Source: Thalia democratica
Lineage: Eukaryota
Length of the DNA: 64,000 nt
Direction of reading: 5' to 3'
Assembly: GCA_965202585.1 (NCBI GenBank)
Contig: OZ241826.1
Location: 75,454,001-75,518,000, forward strand
Below the pieces are notes generated by a model. That model was given only the letters and a program-made list of their open reading frames with translations, was not told the origin of the DNA and did not search any database. Numbering within the stretch: position 1 is the stretch's first letter; every line of letters begins with the position of its first letter. Both the position numbers and the translations under genes were made by a program. This document shows positions 51,840 through 64,000 of this stretch, one piece after another.

Positions 51840-54774
51840 TAAATATAAATATCTTTCTTGGTTGAGTTTATTCACAAAATAATTACAAGAATGATAAAGT
51901 CTGTAACACAAAACATAGCTAAAACTAGGTAAATACTTCTACATCTCCCCCCAGATTTTATCAACTAAGGAGATAAAACGGCAAATTTACCTAGCAAAAC
52001 AAAATTTTTTTTTAAACAATTTGTTACAATTAAATGCATTTTTCAGGTCTTAATTTAACGAAATTAAACTCAAAAAGATAAAAACATTTCAAAAATTACG
52101 ATTAACTTAGTTCACTAATAAATGATTTGTTAAAACGAACTAAAACTTAAACAAACAAACTGTAACAAAAAAATTGAGACTTAATTTTTACTTTTTTTCA
52201 CTCAGTTGCTGAATACAAGCATTTAAAAACTTAATTGCTTTCACCGATTTGAACTTTTCAGCTTTGAAGAACGAAACCACATGTCATTCATCTAACCATC
52301 TTGAAACTTCACTTCATTTGCTGATTAACATCTTTATCATATTTTCGACTTTAAACAAAGTAGAAGGTGCATTACTGATAGCATTAAACACTGACGAAAT
52401 ATTGCTACACTTATTTTCCAAATACTCGATACCAACCAACAGTTCGAATTTTTGAAATTCAATCTCTGCGTCCTCATCCAAGATCACTTTGAACAGATGG
52501 CTGTTAGACTAGTCTGCTGCAAAGTCAATACAAACTTTAGGACGTCACCATTGGACTGAAACTCATTCATTATACCATAAAACATTAATTTACAGTGAAC
52601 ATTCCAACTTGACAATAAATGAATATCAGCAACATTGGTGGCACGAAGCTTTTAAGAAGCATCGTAAAGTCTTACACGGAAACGCTGCAAATAATCCGAT
52701 AATTTCACACACTCATCCCGGACACATTGTTGTTCGCAGTAAACTTTGGCTGTCTGTAGAAAATATAAGTCAAGAAAATATAGATCAAAGCAAATCCGAG
52801 CCATTCCAGTTCAACTTCAATTTTGAAGAAAACCATTAGTACAGAAGGAAATTACACAATGCTTCACAAAAAGAATCTTCCTTCTTTAAAAACATAGAAC
52901 ATAAAAAATTTTCTTGACATCTTTTTCTCAACCTTACAGAAAAGACAAACTTTTACAGTTGTATGTTTGCCTTTCTCAGATAAGGGATACTACTTAGAGA
53001 TTTGCAAACAGGAGGGGTAAATCTTCTCAGAAACTTACGATTTTGAGCAGTTAAGCGACCTGATCCATCAACTTTGACAACACATTGATGGCAGTCCTTC
53101 ACTTCCACCACCACTCCACTATTCCCCCACTTGCTAGGAAAGTTACCTGTTCGATTTATTATCACGATATGATCACCGCAATTCAATGGTGGCAACGATT
53201 TTGTGTTCTCACCTATATTTTCCAGAGACTTATCAAAACAAATAATGAGAGATTCTTCCTTTTTATTCCAAACGTCACGCCACATTTTTGAGATCTGCGG
53301 GTTATTGTAGGTCAAAACACTTTTTCTGACGTAAGGTAATGACTTCTTTAAATTTCGTCGCGATCCAGTGTGTAAAAGTACGTTTTTCTGTCCCTGTACC
53401 TCCTTTTTCTTCTTCGCGTTTTTCCGCTCGAACATATTTTTTCTACGACCTCGACTGCAAAGGCCATCAAAGTTTTGTGTATACAATCCACCAACTACAA
53501 GTGCATTTGACTCATCAGCATAATTTTGGTGACTTTGATAAACTTTTTTACGGGACTTTATCCAGCATTTTTTACAGGCAAAACACTCAATATACCTCGT
53601 ATTTTTACTGCTCGGAACAAATTTATCAGTTGATTTATTACATATGCTACAAGATGTTTTACCCCTTGGTTTTTGTGTGGTTTTCTTTAAAGACTTGCAT
53701 ACATTTGGTGTGTACAATCCACCAACTAGAAGTGCATTTGACTCATCAGCATAATTTTGGTGACTTTGATAAATTTTTTTACAGGACTTTAACCAGCATT
53801 TTTTACAGGCAGAACACTCAATATAACTCATATTTTTACTGCTCCAAACAAACTTATCAGTTAATTTATTACATGTGTCACAAGTTATTTTACCACTTGG
53901 TTTTTGTGTGGTTTTCTTTGAGGATTTGTATGAGAAAACTGATGCTGTAACAGCGGGTTTTGACATTGCATCACGTGCCATCTCTTTTCCTTCAATAAAA
54001 CCGATTGTCTCATTGACATTTTTCTCATCTAGATTTTCCCATCCTAGAACCTCTTTACGGATATCCTCATCGGCTAAACCTGTTACCATGACATCTTTTA
54101 GGATTATGTCTGTAAAATCTATTATTTTATTACAGCCATCCTTTGGGCATTTACATGTGTACGAGCATGTACTGGCTTTTCCCTTTAAACGGGCAGCAAA
54201 TTATCTAGTATTTTCAGTCAAATCCTGTCTTGCACTAAGAAAGTCCGATCGTCGTACAACAACTGAAACAGGAATAACTGCAAGCTGCTTGATCATCCTT
54301 AAAAGCTCTTGCTCACTTAAATTTACTACATCTTGATGTCCCTTCAGAATAGCATCGCCTAAATCTTCCTCACAGCACTGGTACAGTTGACGGCGTTTTT
54401 CTACATCTGTCATCTCCATGCTATCTTTAAAAATAGTCCACTTTTGTACAAATATATTCCAACCCTCTTCACTGCAGTCTGTCCCTATTCGAGGACGGTT
54501 CATCTTTGGAAGCTTAGGTTTTGAAGAATTTGCATTAATGTGTACATTGTTGTGAATGATAAGCAAAGAGGCAACTACAGAAGCATCGACGTCTGGTGTT
54601 TCATATGTGCAACTCTCAAGAGGGCATTTAATCACAGGCATTGTTGATTCAATTCAGCTTGACTTTATCATAAATAAATATATCTTTCTTGGTTGAGTTT
54701 ATTCACAAAATAATTACAAGAATGATAAAGTCTGTAACACAAAACATAGCTAAAACTAGGTAAATACTTCTACA
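51840..54774 (-). mobile_element. Internally deleted Gypsy (Mag-like) LTR retrotransposon
   Basis: 104-bp LTRs at 51840-51943 and 54671-54774, with 95 bp identical; 5-bp TSD TGACT (51835-51839, 54775-54779); polypurine tract ggggggaga next to the 3' LTR; gag-like ORF inside. Confidence 0.92.
52953..54641 (-). pseudogene. gag fused to an integrase C-terminal tail; one premature stop at 54201-54203; PR/RT/RH/IN core missing
   Basis: MPVIKCP..CTYET.D...VVASLLIIH..VH and RPRIGTDCSEEGWNIFVQKW..FK...QLYQCCEEDL are Mag-like gag. The two ORFs are in the same frame (ENTR*FAARLKGKASTC). The tail GDHIVI.N.TGNFPSKW..SGVVVEV...QCVVKVDGSGRLT.QNRKFLRRF matches the end of such integrases. Confidence 0.85.
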
Positions 54775-54780
54775 TGACTG

Positions 54781-54960
54781 AAACCTTAAAAAATTTTAAA
54801 GCTAGTAATTAAAACGTTAAAATGGTACGTACACTAAATAAAGCCTTTAAGTACTACTACAAACCATTTACAAAAAACAGCGGTGGGTTTTTTTACTCTT
54901 AACATTTTTAGTAGAACTTAATAGAAAATCTGTAAATTTTTAAATTGTTTTAAGTTAAAA
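54781..54960. repeat. Dispersed repeat, inverted copy of about 42255-42445
   Basis: gctagtaattaaaacgttaaaatggtacgtac...aaaaaacagcggtgggttttttt is the reverse complement of 42330-42430. Confidence 0.8.
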
Positions 54961-57070
54961 AAAGTACTTAAGACTTAATTAATCTTAGTAAAGTAAATGT
55001 ATCTTAAATTTTACTTAGTTCTGTAAATTCGTAAATTCTGTGTTTTATTTCAGCACTGAATAAGTTACTTTAAACTTAAATATTAGTTTGTTAAAACAAA
55101 TAAAATGTTTTTATAATAGTTATAAATATTGCGAAAAAAGTACAATTAGCACGTTAACTTTTGAGTGATTTTATGAATTGAAAAAATATTTTTGAATGAA
55201 AAGAAATTAAATATAAGCTGAATGTAGCTTAGATATTAAATCTAAATTAGTAAAATAAACATTTAAAAGAGGTGTTTTTATTGTTTTTGAGTAATGTATA
55301 ATATTTAATTAAGTTATATATTTTTTTTAATTCAGGAAAATATTTTGTTCTTGCTTAGAATAATAAAATGTTTTTTAGCTATTTTATTTTGAAGTTATTA
55401 CACTTTAATAAATTAGAATAACGTACGCAGAATTACGTCCGTGTAAAAGAAATTTCTAGTTTATTTTAACCTTTAAAATATTTCGACTTATCTTAAAGTT
55501 TAACATTTGTACTCAAAAATATTAAATTAAACACCATTTTGATTAATTCATACAAATATAATGCAGATACAAATTAACAATTTTGCTAATTTCAGATTTT
55601 TTACCAAGTTTTAAGCACATGTTTCTAAATTTTTATATACCTTTATATAAATACAACAACCCTTTAATTTTAGAACCAAAAACAAAAGAAACAAGTAGTG
55701 ATCTACTAAATCCAAAAATTTTAGATTCAGCTGAATCCGAATCCGAATCTAAATTTTGAAACTTGGATTCGGCCGATTCCGGATTTGTATAGAATTCTAA
55801 ATAGAATTGTAGTTTAAATACAATACAAGTTTAAAAATAATAAAAACTTATTATATTATTATTTATTTAGTAATTTAAGTTTGAAAAATATTTTCAACGT
55901 GTTAATAAATACATCCATTTTTATATAAAAAATAGTTTATTTCAAAAGCGAACAAAAAAAAAACGAGCTTCTTGCTAAAAAAATCAAGCTACACACACAA
56001 GAAGTTAGTTTAAATACTTGGATATCCATGCAAGCAACATTAACAGTTAATTATATTTATGGTATGCAGAACAAATAAATTTATAATAATTGCATAAAGT
56101 AATATAGTAAAGGTATAAAGAAAACAAATCACAAAAAATGTTAAAACATTTTACGTTTAATTTAAGAGTTAGTTTTTATTGTGAGTAACAATTTGTGACC
56201 AAAAACGAAACATAACATAAACTTTTGCAAGTATTTGTATTTGTAAAACAAAGTGCAATTTAAAATAATATTATGCCTGTAGTATATTGAAATGTAATAC
56301 CAACTATAATAAAGGCCTAAAAAAGAATAGGAACTACAATTGTAATAAAAAGTTTTTAAATTTCACTCAAGATTACATAACAAAAAAGAAAAATAAATTA
56401 ACCTTAGCAACTGTTGAAAAATAGAAAACGAACTACAATTGCAAAAGATGTCTTTTTTATACTACAAAAGACTACTCTTGTTTTTTCAAGTTGTGGTAGA
56501 GAAATAAAGTTTTTTGCCGGTTTTTGGAAGCACTCAATTATGCTTTTCCTCGTACAAATTGCCATCTTCAGAAAACAAAAATTCAGAATACACAGACGAT
56601 GATAGAGCAGCAAGATATTTCTTTGCAAAGCTGGCAAGATGTGGGTATTTTGTCTTGTTCAAGCTCCACCAGTTTAAGACTTTATCATCTTCAGCTTCTG
56701 CATTCAAATTCTCTGTAGCAAAAAATCCCTTTATTTCTGCTTCAACTCTTCAATAGAATCCTGTTCCTTGTCCTCATGTACAGCTGTGTTTGATTCTATT
56801 TTAAACAAAGAATAGTAAGTTGAAAACTTATTCGGATCAAAATTTACAGAGAGCTGTGGTTTTTGCTTCTCTGGTGACAATATAAGAGAATCACCTTTTT
56901 GATCAGCCTCAAAAGAGATATATACTTTTTAGCAATAAATTTTAGCTCCTCTTTAACATTATTTTTGAGTTAAAAAGGGAAGCGTAAAGTTGATATCGTG
57001 GATCAACAGCTGTTGTGACTGGTAGTAATATGTAGTCATTAATGTTTAAGTTGTTGTTATTGGTAAAGAA

Positions 57071-57752
57071 AGCAGGTGGGCAATGTACGGCCCGCGGGCC
57101 GAATCTGGTCCGACCGTTTTTGAACTACAATGGAATCCGACCCGCAAAGTTCAATATTAAAAAATTTTAGAAAAACTTTTTAAGACATTTTTAGAAAACA
57201 ATACTTAAAAATTTTGACATAAAAACATGTTTAAAAATGGCTTTTCAAATTAATGTCTACTGATAAAAAACCATTTTGTCCTAATATTTTGTGTTGTTCT
57301 AACTTGTTAGAATATACTTTTGTCGAATAACCCAAAGCAAATTGCTTGTTTAAATCTGTCATTTTATGTTCAAACCTTAGTTAATTATCACGTCAGTTCT
57401 ATTTGAAAACATTACATAAACATCTAACATGTCTCAATCTACATCTTAAGTTGTCACGTTTGAGAAATTGTTGTGAATTAGAAGGATTTAAAAATATGAT
57501 CAACCGTATCTATAAAATCATATTCAGGCTAAACCAAAAAGTTATTTATCGTTTAAGCTAGAATCCGACCGGATCCGATCTCGATTTAAAATTAGTATCC
57601 AATCAGATCCGGATAATATTTTTAAATTAGAATCCTGCCGGATACAAATATCCAGATACTGGATCTAGTAAATCATTAATTCAAAATGCTCCGGTCTGCC
57701 AAAGACAAAAATTTTCCGGATCCGGCTCAATTAAAAACGTTGCCCACCCTTA
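57071..57752. mobile_element. hAT-type MITE inserted into the transposase
   Basis: caggtgggcaatgt / acgttgcccaccct; TSD gtaaagaa / gtatagaa. Removing it rejoins ...ACERRF / TNNNN.... It carries an ATCCG-rich piece at about 57555-57675. Confidence 0.75.
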
Positions 57753-59104
57753 GTATAGAACCTTCTTTCGCAAGCCCCTTCCATATTTTTGGCTAAATTT
57801 TTACAAAAATTTGATAGTTCTTCGGAACTTTCGTTAGTGTAAACAAACTTCGTCAGTGATCTTGCATGCGGGATCACGCTTAAAAGCAATGCATTGTTTT
57901 TACTTCACTATTTTCTCACAAAAAAAGGTTCGAGCAGTAGAATAATGTGATTAACCAGATGCGATTATCTAGCTGTAATAATCGAGTCTTGATCTTTTTA
58001 TAGTTAGCCACATAGTACTGGACACCTGATTATAGCTTTTTCAGTCTCTTTAGCATAAGATATGTTGAGTTCCACTTTGTATCCTTATCTTGAACAGGAA
58101 TCAAGGTTTTTTTTTTGCTTTTTAAAATGTTTTGCACTGTCTCGCAAAAAACGTTAAAATGACCCAAAGTAATATTCCAATTACTAAGCATATCCTGAAT
58201 GTAACTACAATTGTTTTTGCCAGTGTGCTCACCCTCCATTTTTCGGCAATGCCAAACTTGATAATTGAGCTCAAAATTTCCATTAAACCAATGCGCGGTT
58301 AAAAAAATATATGATCAAAAGATAAATATAAATTAAAGGTCTCCACTTATTGCTAAAGAGAATGATATAACTTCAATAATTTTAAGATTTTATTTTCATA
58401 AGAATCTTTCACTCCTATAAAAAGAACATCAAGTAAAATTAAAATATATTAAAAGATATTTAAAGTTTTATTATTAACAGGCTTTTTCCTCAGAACATTG
58501 TTTTAAAAATTTTATATTAAAATTTTTGAAGTTATGATATAACATATATGTTATAAATAAAAATTATCTATTAAATACATAAGTAAAATATTAACATAAT
58601 ACTATATAGCTAAAAGTATGCAAGCATTCGCTCTTATGTTACATATTTAAATTAGATTTTTTTTCTTTGTATAAATAATTGACCTTTATATGAAAAATCT
58701 CAAAAATAACAAGCTTATTTTAATTGAGGTTAATTATTTTAAAATAACATAAAAATAAAATGATACTGCTCCTAAAAAAGACACAATAACATAATAGTTT
58801 TTTTTAATTAGAAAAAAAAGAAGTAAAATAAAATATATAAGTCTAACAATCTTTGTCACAAGTCACTTATGACACACATAAATAAACAATCAATAACATC
58901 TAAATGGAGACTTATATTCGTATTAAAAAAACAAAAGATACTTTAAATAGTTACATGGTTTTTGTAACTATAAAATCTCTACTATAAAATCCATTAGTTT
59001 ATCCATATACTGTATGTGTATGTAAGGAGTATTCTTTAAACTCAAAAGGTCTCGACAAAACTAGTTTCGGAGACAAAGTTAAAAAATTTTTTTTATGTAA
59101 ACAA

Positions 59105-59142
59105 AGGCAACGATGTTTCATCCCTCAGGGATTTTCAGGCCT
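59105..59142 (-). ncRNA. Minimal hammerhead-ribozyme-like motif (family 2), core mutated
   Basis: AGGC-CUGAAAA-UCCC UGA GGGA U-GAAAC-AUC-GUU-GCCU. The 4-bp stem I is intact but G8 is changed to A. A partial plus-strand copy (gtcgttgcctttc) follows at about 59171. Confidence 0.45.
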
Positions 59143-62121
59143 GCAACATTAAAAATAAGACGATGAATAAGTCGTTGCCTTTCTTTAAATAAATAAATAT
59201 AATATTAATATAAACTATATGTCATAAGTTTTCAAGAACACCTTAATAGAGATGTTTAGAAAAAAATCCTGGTAAGGCTTGAGCTATGCATATAAGATTT
59301 CACTGAACTGAGGTGACCTGAGGAAAACCTTACTAAAATCAAATAATTAAAGTATATTTATATTTATATTCTCGTATGAGAAAAGCCAAAAAGTTATTCA
59401 AACCTAAATAAGTTCATGATCAAACAAAAAAAACTAAACATATGATGAAGTAACAAGAGTTGTTATCAAAAAAGCTGAGATTAAACGCCTAAACTATTAA
59501 CTTAATTTTATTTGGCAGTCAAACAAAAATAATTTTTCATAGTTTTTATACTGTGTGCAAAACTTTAAATCAAAGTTGAGAAGGCTTTTATAAGTGTGAA
59601 GAAGCACTATTTTATCAACTCAAGCGTGAAATCGTTAATTAGTTCTAAACTTTATTTATCTTTGACAGATAATTGAGTGAAATTCAAAAAGTTCAAAGTG
59701 GTCAATCGGAATGGATCGAAATCTTATTTTGTAATTAGGATTCGGGATCTTGGATTAGGTAGATCACTAGAAACAAACTTTTTGGTTTATTTACTTACAG
59801 ATGTGTGTTTTTACAGGTTTCCTGGGCGAACTCTAAATTACAGAAGAAAAAAAAAGCTCAGATTATTTACTTTAAACGTCATTTTATAGGTTTGGTTTCA
59901 TATATTTGCTAATAAAAAAAACAAGTGTTGAATTTATTAGAAAGGAAGACTAGACTTAAAAGTTTATTTTAGCATGGGCATCTCTGCAAGTCAGCTTAAT
60001 TAATTTTTACTATTAAAATTTAATTGTGATGCCAAAAAGAACATGTTTTTTAAAGTTTTACTTTTAATTAGGGAAACTTTTAAAAAGTTGCTTAAAATTC
60101 CCTTTATAAAATACTACTTAATGTAAATAAATTACTATCATTTTTTTAAGGTTAAAAACATCAGAGAACACACTCTCCCTTCTACAACGATAAACGTTTT
60201 ATAAAGTTTAAAGGAAAAAGTAAATTATGCAATATTTGTGAACTAGTGAGAATAATTACTTCAAAAGTTTTCAACGTAATTAATAAAGTCTAATTGCACT
60301 TAGTTTATTGTATAACATATATTTTTGTGAAGCAAACCATATTATTTTAGGATCATAGCAACTAAAAATAAAGTTGTTACGCAAGGTCTATTTTGTACAG
60401 ATGCAATGATTTTTCAAATTAGGATTTTTATGGCTCAATAAAACTGACCATGACTATTTAACAGCTTGACCATTACACCAATTTAGTCAAACTTCAACAT
60501 TTTCTTTTAAATATTGTCAAACTTAATATCTTTTACACACATATTTATTTTTTGAATATGTGTCAACCACTGGATTCAAATCTTGTAATATAATTTTTTT
60601 CTCAGAGAGTTTACCTTTACAAAACCAATATTTATCCGTTAGGCAACACATATAATTATCATTTGATAACATTTTAATGTTTTTCAGTAAGTTTTTGTTT
60701 GTTTATGTGTCGAGCATGACAATTTAAATTCTTAAAAAGAATTAAAGGGCCATATCTAAAAAAAGTAGTATATATTGAAGTTAATAAAGTATTGCGCATG
60801 TAGGTCTAAATAATATATACAAAAACTTTTCTTTTGAAAGAAAAAAAATTAGATAAAAAATAATATAAGTTACTAAAATTTTCAATGTTTTAAGCTTATT
60901 TAACTATATCTTTAAATATGTTTAACACTTAAAATAAATTGTTTGTATATATTAATGAGACCTAGATACGCATGTATTATTTTTTCAAATAAACACTAAG
61001 TTGTAATGTAACCCTTTATAAAGATATTTAAGATTTTAAATCGGCTGAGTATGAATCTTCCAAATTTGAATAGTCGTGCACTAGGTCTTGAGATTGGTTT
61101 GATTTTAATGTTTTAACTTTTTATATTTGAATAACAATTAAATTAGAAGAAATTTCTAGTCCCTAATAATTGTTGTTAATAGTATATATAATACTTGTTT
61201 TCATAAACTTTTTTGTAACACAAAATAACTACTAAAGCAATTTTTAAGATTCAGCCAAGTCTTGTTTAAGTAAAACATCTTTAAAGTTTTTAGGAAAAGT
61301 GGTACATGAAAGCTTTAATCTTTATGTCGAAAAATTAATTAACTAAACTATGTTTTTCTAACTAATAAAAATAGTATGAAGTTATTTTATATGTTCAAAC
61401 TTTATTATACGTCTAGACTTTGAATGTTGAATAACCTAACAATTCAACCATAAAATTAATAACTAATTTGCTTCAATACATCAAACTATTTAACTCTAAG
61501 AAATGGTAAAGAAGTTTATGTGTAACCTAAAATTACAACATTGGCATATACAAAGAAATTTTATATCACTTTACAACATGAAGAGCATAATTTTCCAGCT
61601 AACTAAAATTGAGTTGCTTATTGAATCATTCCATAGCTGCAGTTTTTTTTTTACCTTATATTGGTCATTTTATTTTAAACTAAACTACAGCTCCTTTTTT
61701 TAAAATCAATCAAATTTTAATAAAGATTTAAAGCTTCGTATTACAAATTTCTCCATAGTTTGTTGTTTAGTTTTTCTACTGTTGCGTTTGCTAAGTTGAA
61801 TTTTATTTTGTTGAACTCTGAATCAATCAATATTATACTTTTATTTTATCTGAAATATTTTTTTACTTACTCTTATAAATTTTTAAGCTTGGACTAATTT
61901 GCTCATAGTTAAAAGTGTATTCTTAAAGACTTTCTTAGAAAGTGTTGCCTTTTAATTGAGATGATTATCACAACAAAGTAAGTCAATTTTGTTATAAGAC
62001 TTAAGTTTAATCTAAAAATCATTTTCAATTTTTATATTATATATTTAACTATTATGTTGATTTTTAAATAATTTGAATTGTTGATTTAATTTCTGCTGGT
62101 TGCTACAACTTGAATCAGTAA

Positions 62122-64000
62122 CAGGGTTGCCACACACTCAGGGAACTCAGGAAACTCAGGGAATCTCAGGGAATTTTCAAACTGTAGAAAATCTCAGGGA
62201 AACTCAGGGAATCTCAGGGAAACTCAGGGAATTTTGGCATTTTTCTTTTAACTCAGGGAAACTCAGGGAAGTTTTGATTTTTTCTCTAAATTTCAGGGAA
62301 GTTTTTGAAAATCTCAGAAAATTTTTTTTCTAGATCTAGAATGAGGTTTAGTTAATCCAGTTTCAATATTTTGTTCAAAAGTAGTAATTTTTATTATTTA
62401 AGTGGTTATTTAGAATTTATTAAGCCTTGTGGCTAGTTCTTCAATATTCTTAGTATTAACATTGTAGTTTTTTTAAGTTTTAAATTTGGAAAATACACCT
62501 TGGAAAATAAAAAAAGTTTTAAAACATCTCCATTGCTTATTTGATCACACATCAGCCAGAAGAGATGACTATGTATCTGAAACTGGGTCAACCACCTTTC
62601 CTTTATCATTTTGCGCCACAAGATGGTTAGAGTCAAAGCAGGTAGCTGACAGAGCCATTTTAATTTGGCCTAATGTTGTTAAAATGGTACAGTACTGGAA
62701 AAAACTGCCTGGTTACAAACAGCCACCAGGTCAAGATTTTATAACTATAAGCAATGCTATAAAGGATGATATTAATAGTATTAATAGTTGTAAAATTGAA
62801 TTTTTTTAGCTTTGTTGCCTCAATTTTGGTTCCATATTTAACAAGGTATCAGGAAAACAGCCCAAGCATTCCTTTCATGTATGATGATATACAGAAGTTA
62901 GTATACAAGTTAATGAATATTGTTTTTACTACTTCTTTCATGGAAGCCCATTCAAATGGAAAAAAGCTACTTGAACTAAATAATGAGCATTTTCAAAATA
63001 AAAGTTTTCACAAAAAAGATGTAGAGTTAGGATGTGCTGCTTCTACTTTAATTCAAGATTTGCTAAATCAAGGTAAAGTTTCTAACATTTTGTTCAAGTC
63101 ATTTCACAATGAATGTAAACTTTTTATATTTGCTATAATAAGAAAAATTAAAACAAGAATGACTGTTGGTTTGAACTTTTTAAGAAGGGCTGCTGTTTTA
63201 AATTCGGCATGTCTAATTGGAATGGGTAAAGACCGTTGTGTCAGAAACTTTACAAGGTTGGTCCAACAACTTGTCAGCATGAAGATACTAAAAGCAAAAG
63301 AGGGTGATGACAGCATTAATCAATACATTGATTTGTTAAGTTCTTCTAACACTCAAATACTTTTTGAAAATTTTCTTAAAAAAAGTCACAGTTTAGACAC
63401 CTTTTATTTTGACACACTTGATATCCCAATCAAGTATAAAACTTTAACAAGAGTCCTTGAGGCTGTTTTTGTGCTTCACAATGGCCAGGCAAGTGTTGAA
63501 CAGGGCTTTAGCTTAAATAAGGAAGTAATATTAACTAATATGGGAGAGATGACAATAAGGTCCCGAAGAATGATCAAAGATCATCTATATGCAAACAGTC
63601 TAGAACCAAGCACAGTTGAACTAAGTTTTGAATTGTTAAAGTTTGTAAAATCTTCTAGGGCCCAATTTTTGGCATATCTTGAGCAACAGCGCTTTGCTAA
63701 AAATGTTCCAAATAAAGGTGATGCTTTGAGCAAGTTAGGAGAACAAAAAAGTAAACTTACAAAGCAACTCAAATGTTTGAATGAAGACTATGACAAATAT
63801 ACTGCAGATGCAAACAAACAGTCTTATTTAGAAGCAATGAAAGAATTATTAGCAAGAGGAATAGCTGCTAAGGACAATGCAAATAAACTTGAAAATAAAA
63901 ATAAAACTATTGATTTTGAAATTGCATACTTAAAAAATCAGTATTAAGATTTTTTTATTAGGTAATGTGAAATTGTTTTTAAATCAAAATTATGTTTTCA
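62122..64000 (+). mobile_element. hAT-type element left end with CTCAGGGAA subterminal repeats; runs off the window
   Basis: cagggttgccac terminus followed by about ten (A/T)CTCAGGGAA repeats, then transposase sequence. Confidence 0.8.
62486..63947 (+). pseudogene. 5'-truncated, frameshifted hAT transposase
   Basis: FPLSFCATRWLE...RAILIWP (catalytic-region RW motif); frameshift near 62790; VLHNGQASVEQGFSLNK...R.IKD dimerisation-type C-terminus. Confidence 0.82.

Larger units (their letters stand above)
55696..59769 (-). mobile_element. Decayed hAT transposon (~4.1 kb) with a degenerate transposase at about 56470-58350
   Basis: TIR tagtgatctact/c.aatcc at both ends; TSD gaaacaag / gaaacaaa; subterminal ATCCG repeats. 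Fragments KDTKWNSTYLMLKRL, ERRF, AVDPRY and LNWWSLNKTKYPHLASFAKKYLAALSSSVYSEFLFS (hAT dimerisation domain). Confidence 0.9.

Noticed and set aside
53339-54336. 203-aa and 153-aa plus-strand ORFs
   Set aside because: Antisense shadows of the gag ORF.
1068-61703. Remaining 60-80 aa ORFs in the track
   Set aside because: F/I/K/L/N-rich products expected by chance in AT-rich DNA, or antisense and out-of-frame shadows of the exons listed above.
62100-62333. 77-aa ORF with ETQGISG repeats; possible CRISPR-like or coding repeat
   Set aside because: Translation of the CTCAGGGAA subterminal repeats of a hAT end; there are no unique spacers.
1-64000. tRNA, rRNA, snRNA or spliced-leader RNA genes and CRISPR arrays
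   Set aside because: None recognised by eye. The GC-richer part of the array units was checked as a possible snRNA and fits a signal-peptide exon better. A covariance-model scan was not possible.

Overview
This is an AT-rich invertebrate (metazoan) nuclear window with canonical GT-AG introns; the smallest confident introns are about 56-62 nt. The species cannot be determined from the sequence. (1) A complete 11-exon UBA3 gene (NEDD8-activating E1 catalytic subunit, minus strand, 7774-19108) is flanked by two convergent, inverted paralogs of a small secreted TSP1 + F5/8 type C (discoidin) gene (1-498 partial; 25307-26515 complete). (2) A five-unit, progressively truncated tandem array lies at about 28.9-40.8 kb. 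On the minus strand its units read like a gene: a signal-peptide first exon, then a run of candidate 8-16 nt microexons separated by 47-63 nt introns. Splice sites and exon lengths are kept even in the most diverged copy. This is the most interesting candidate system here, but it is an inference that needs transcript data. (3) An 8-exon plus-strand gene of unrecognised family carries a frameshift and an in-frame stop (47852-51573). (4) A young non-autonomous Gypsy (Mag-like) LTR element has nearly identical 104-bp LTRs, a deleted pol and a decayed extra ORF. (5) There are two hAT transposase elements, many nested MITEs, a 975-bp palindrome, a ~4.7-kb inverted repeat, and four hammerhead-ribozyme-like motifs. 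All alignments and translations were done by eye.
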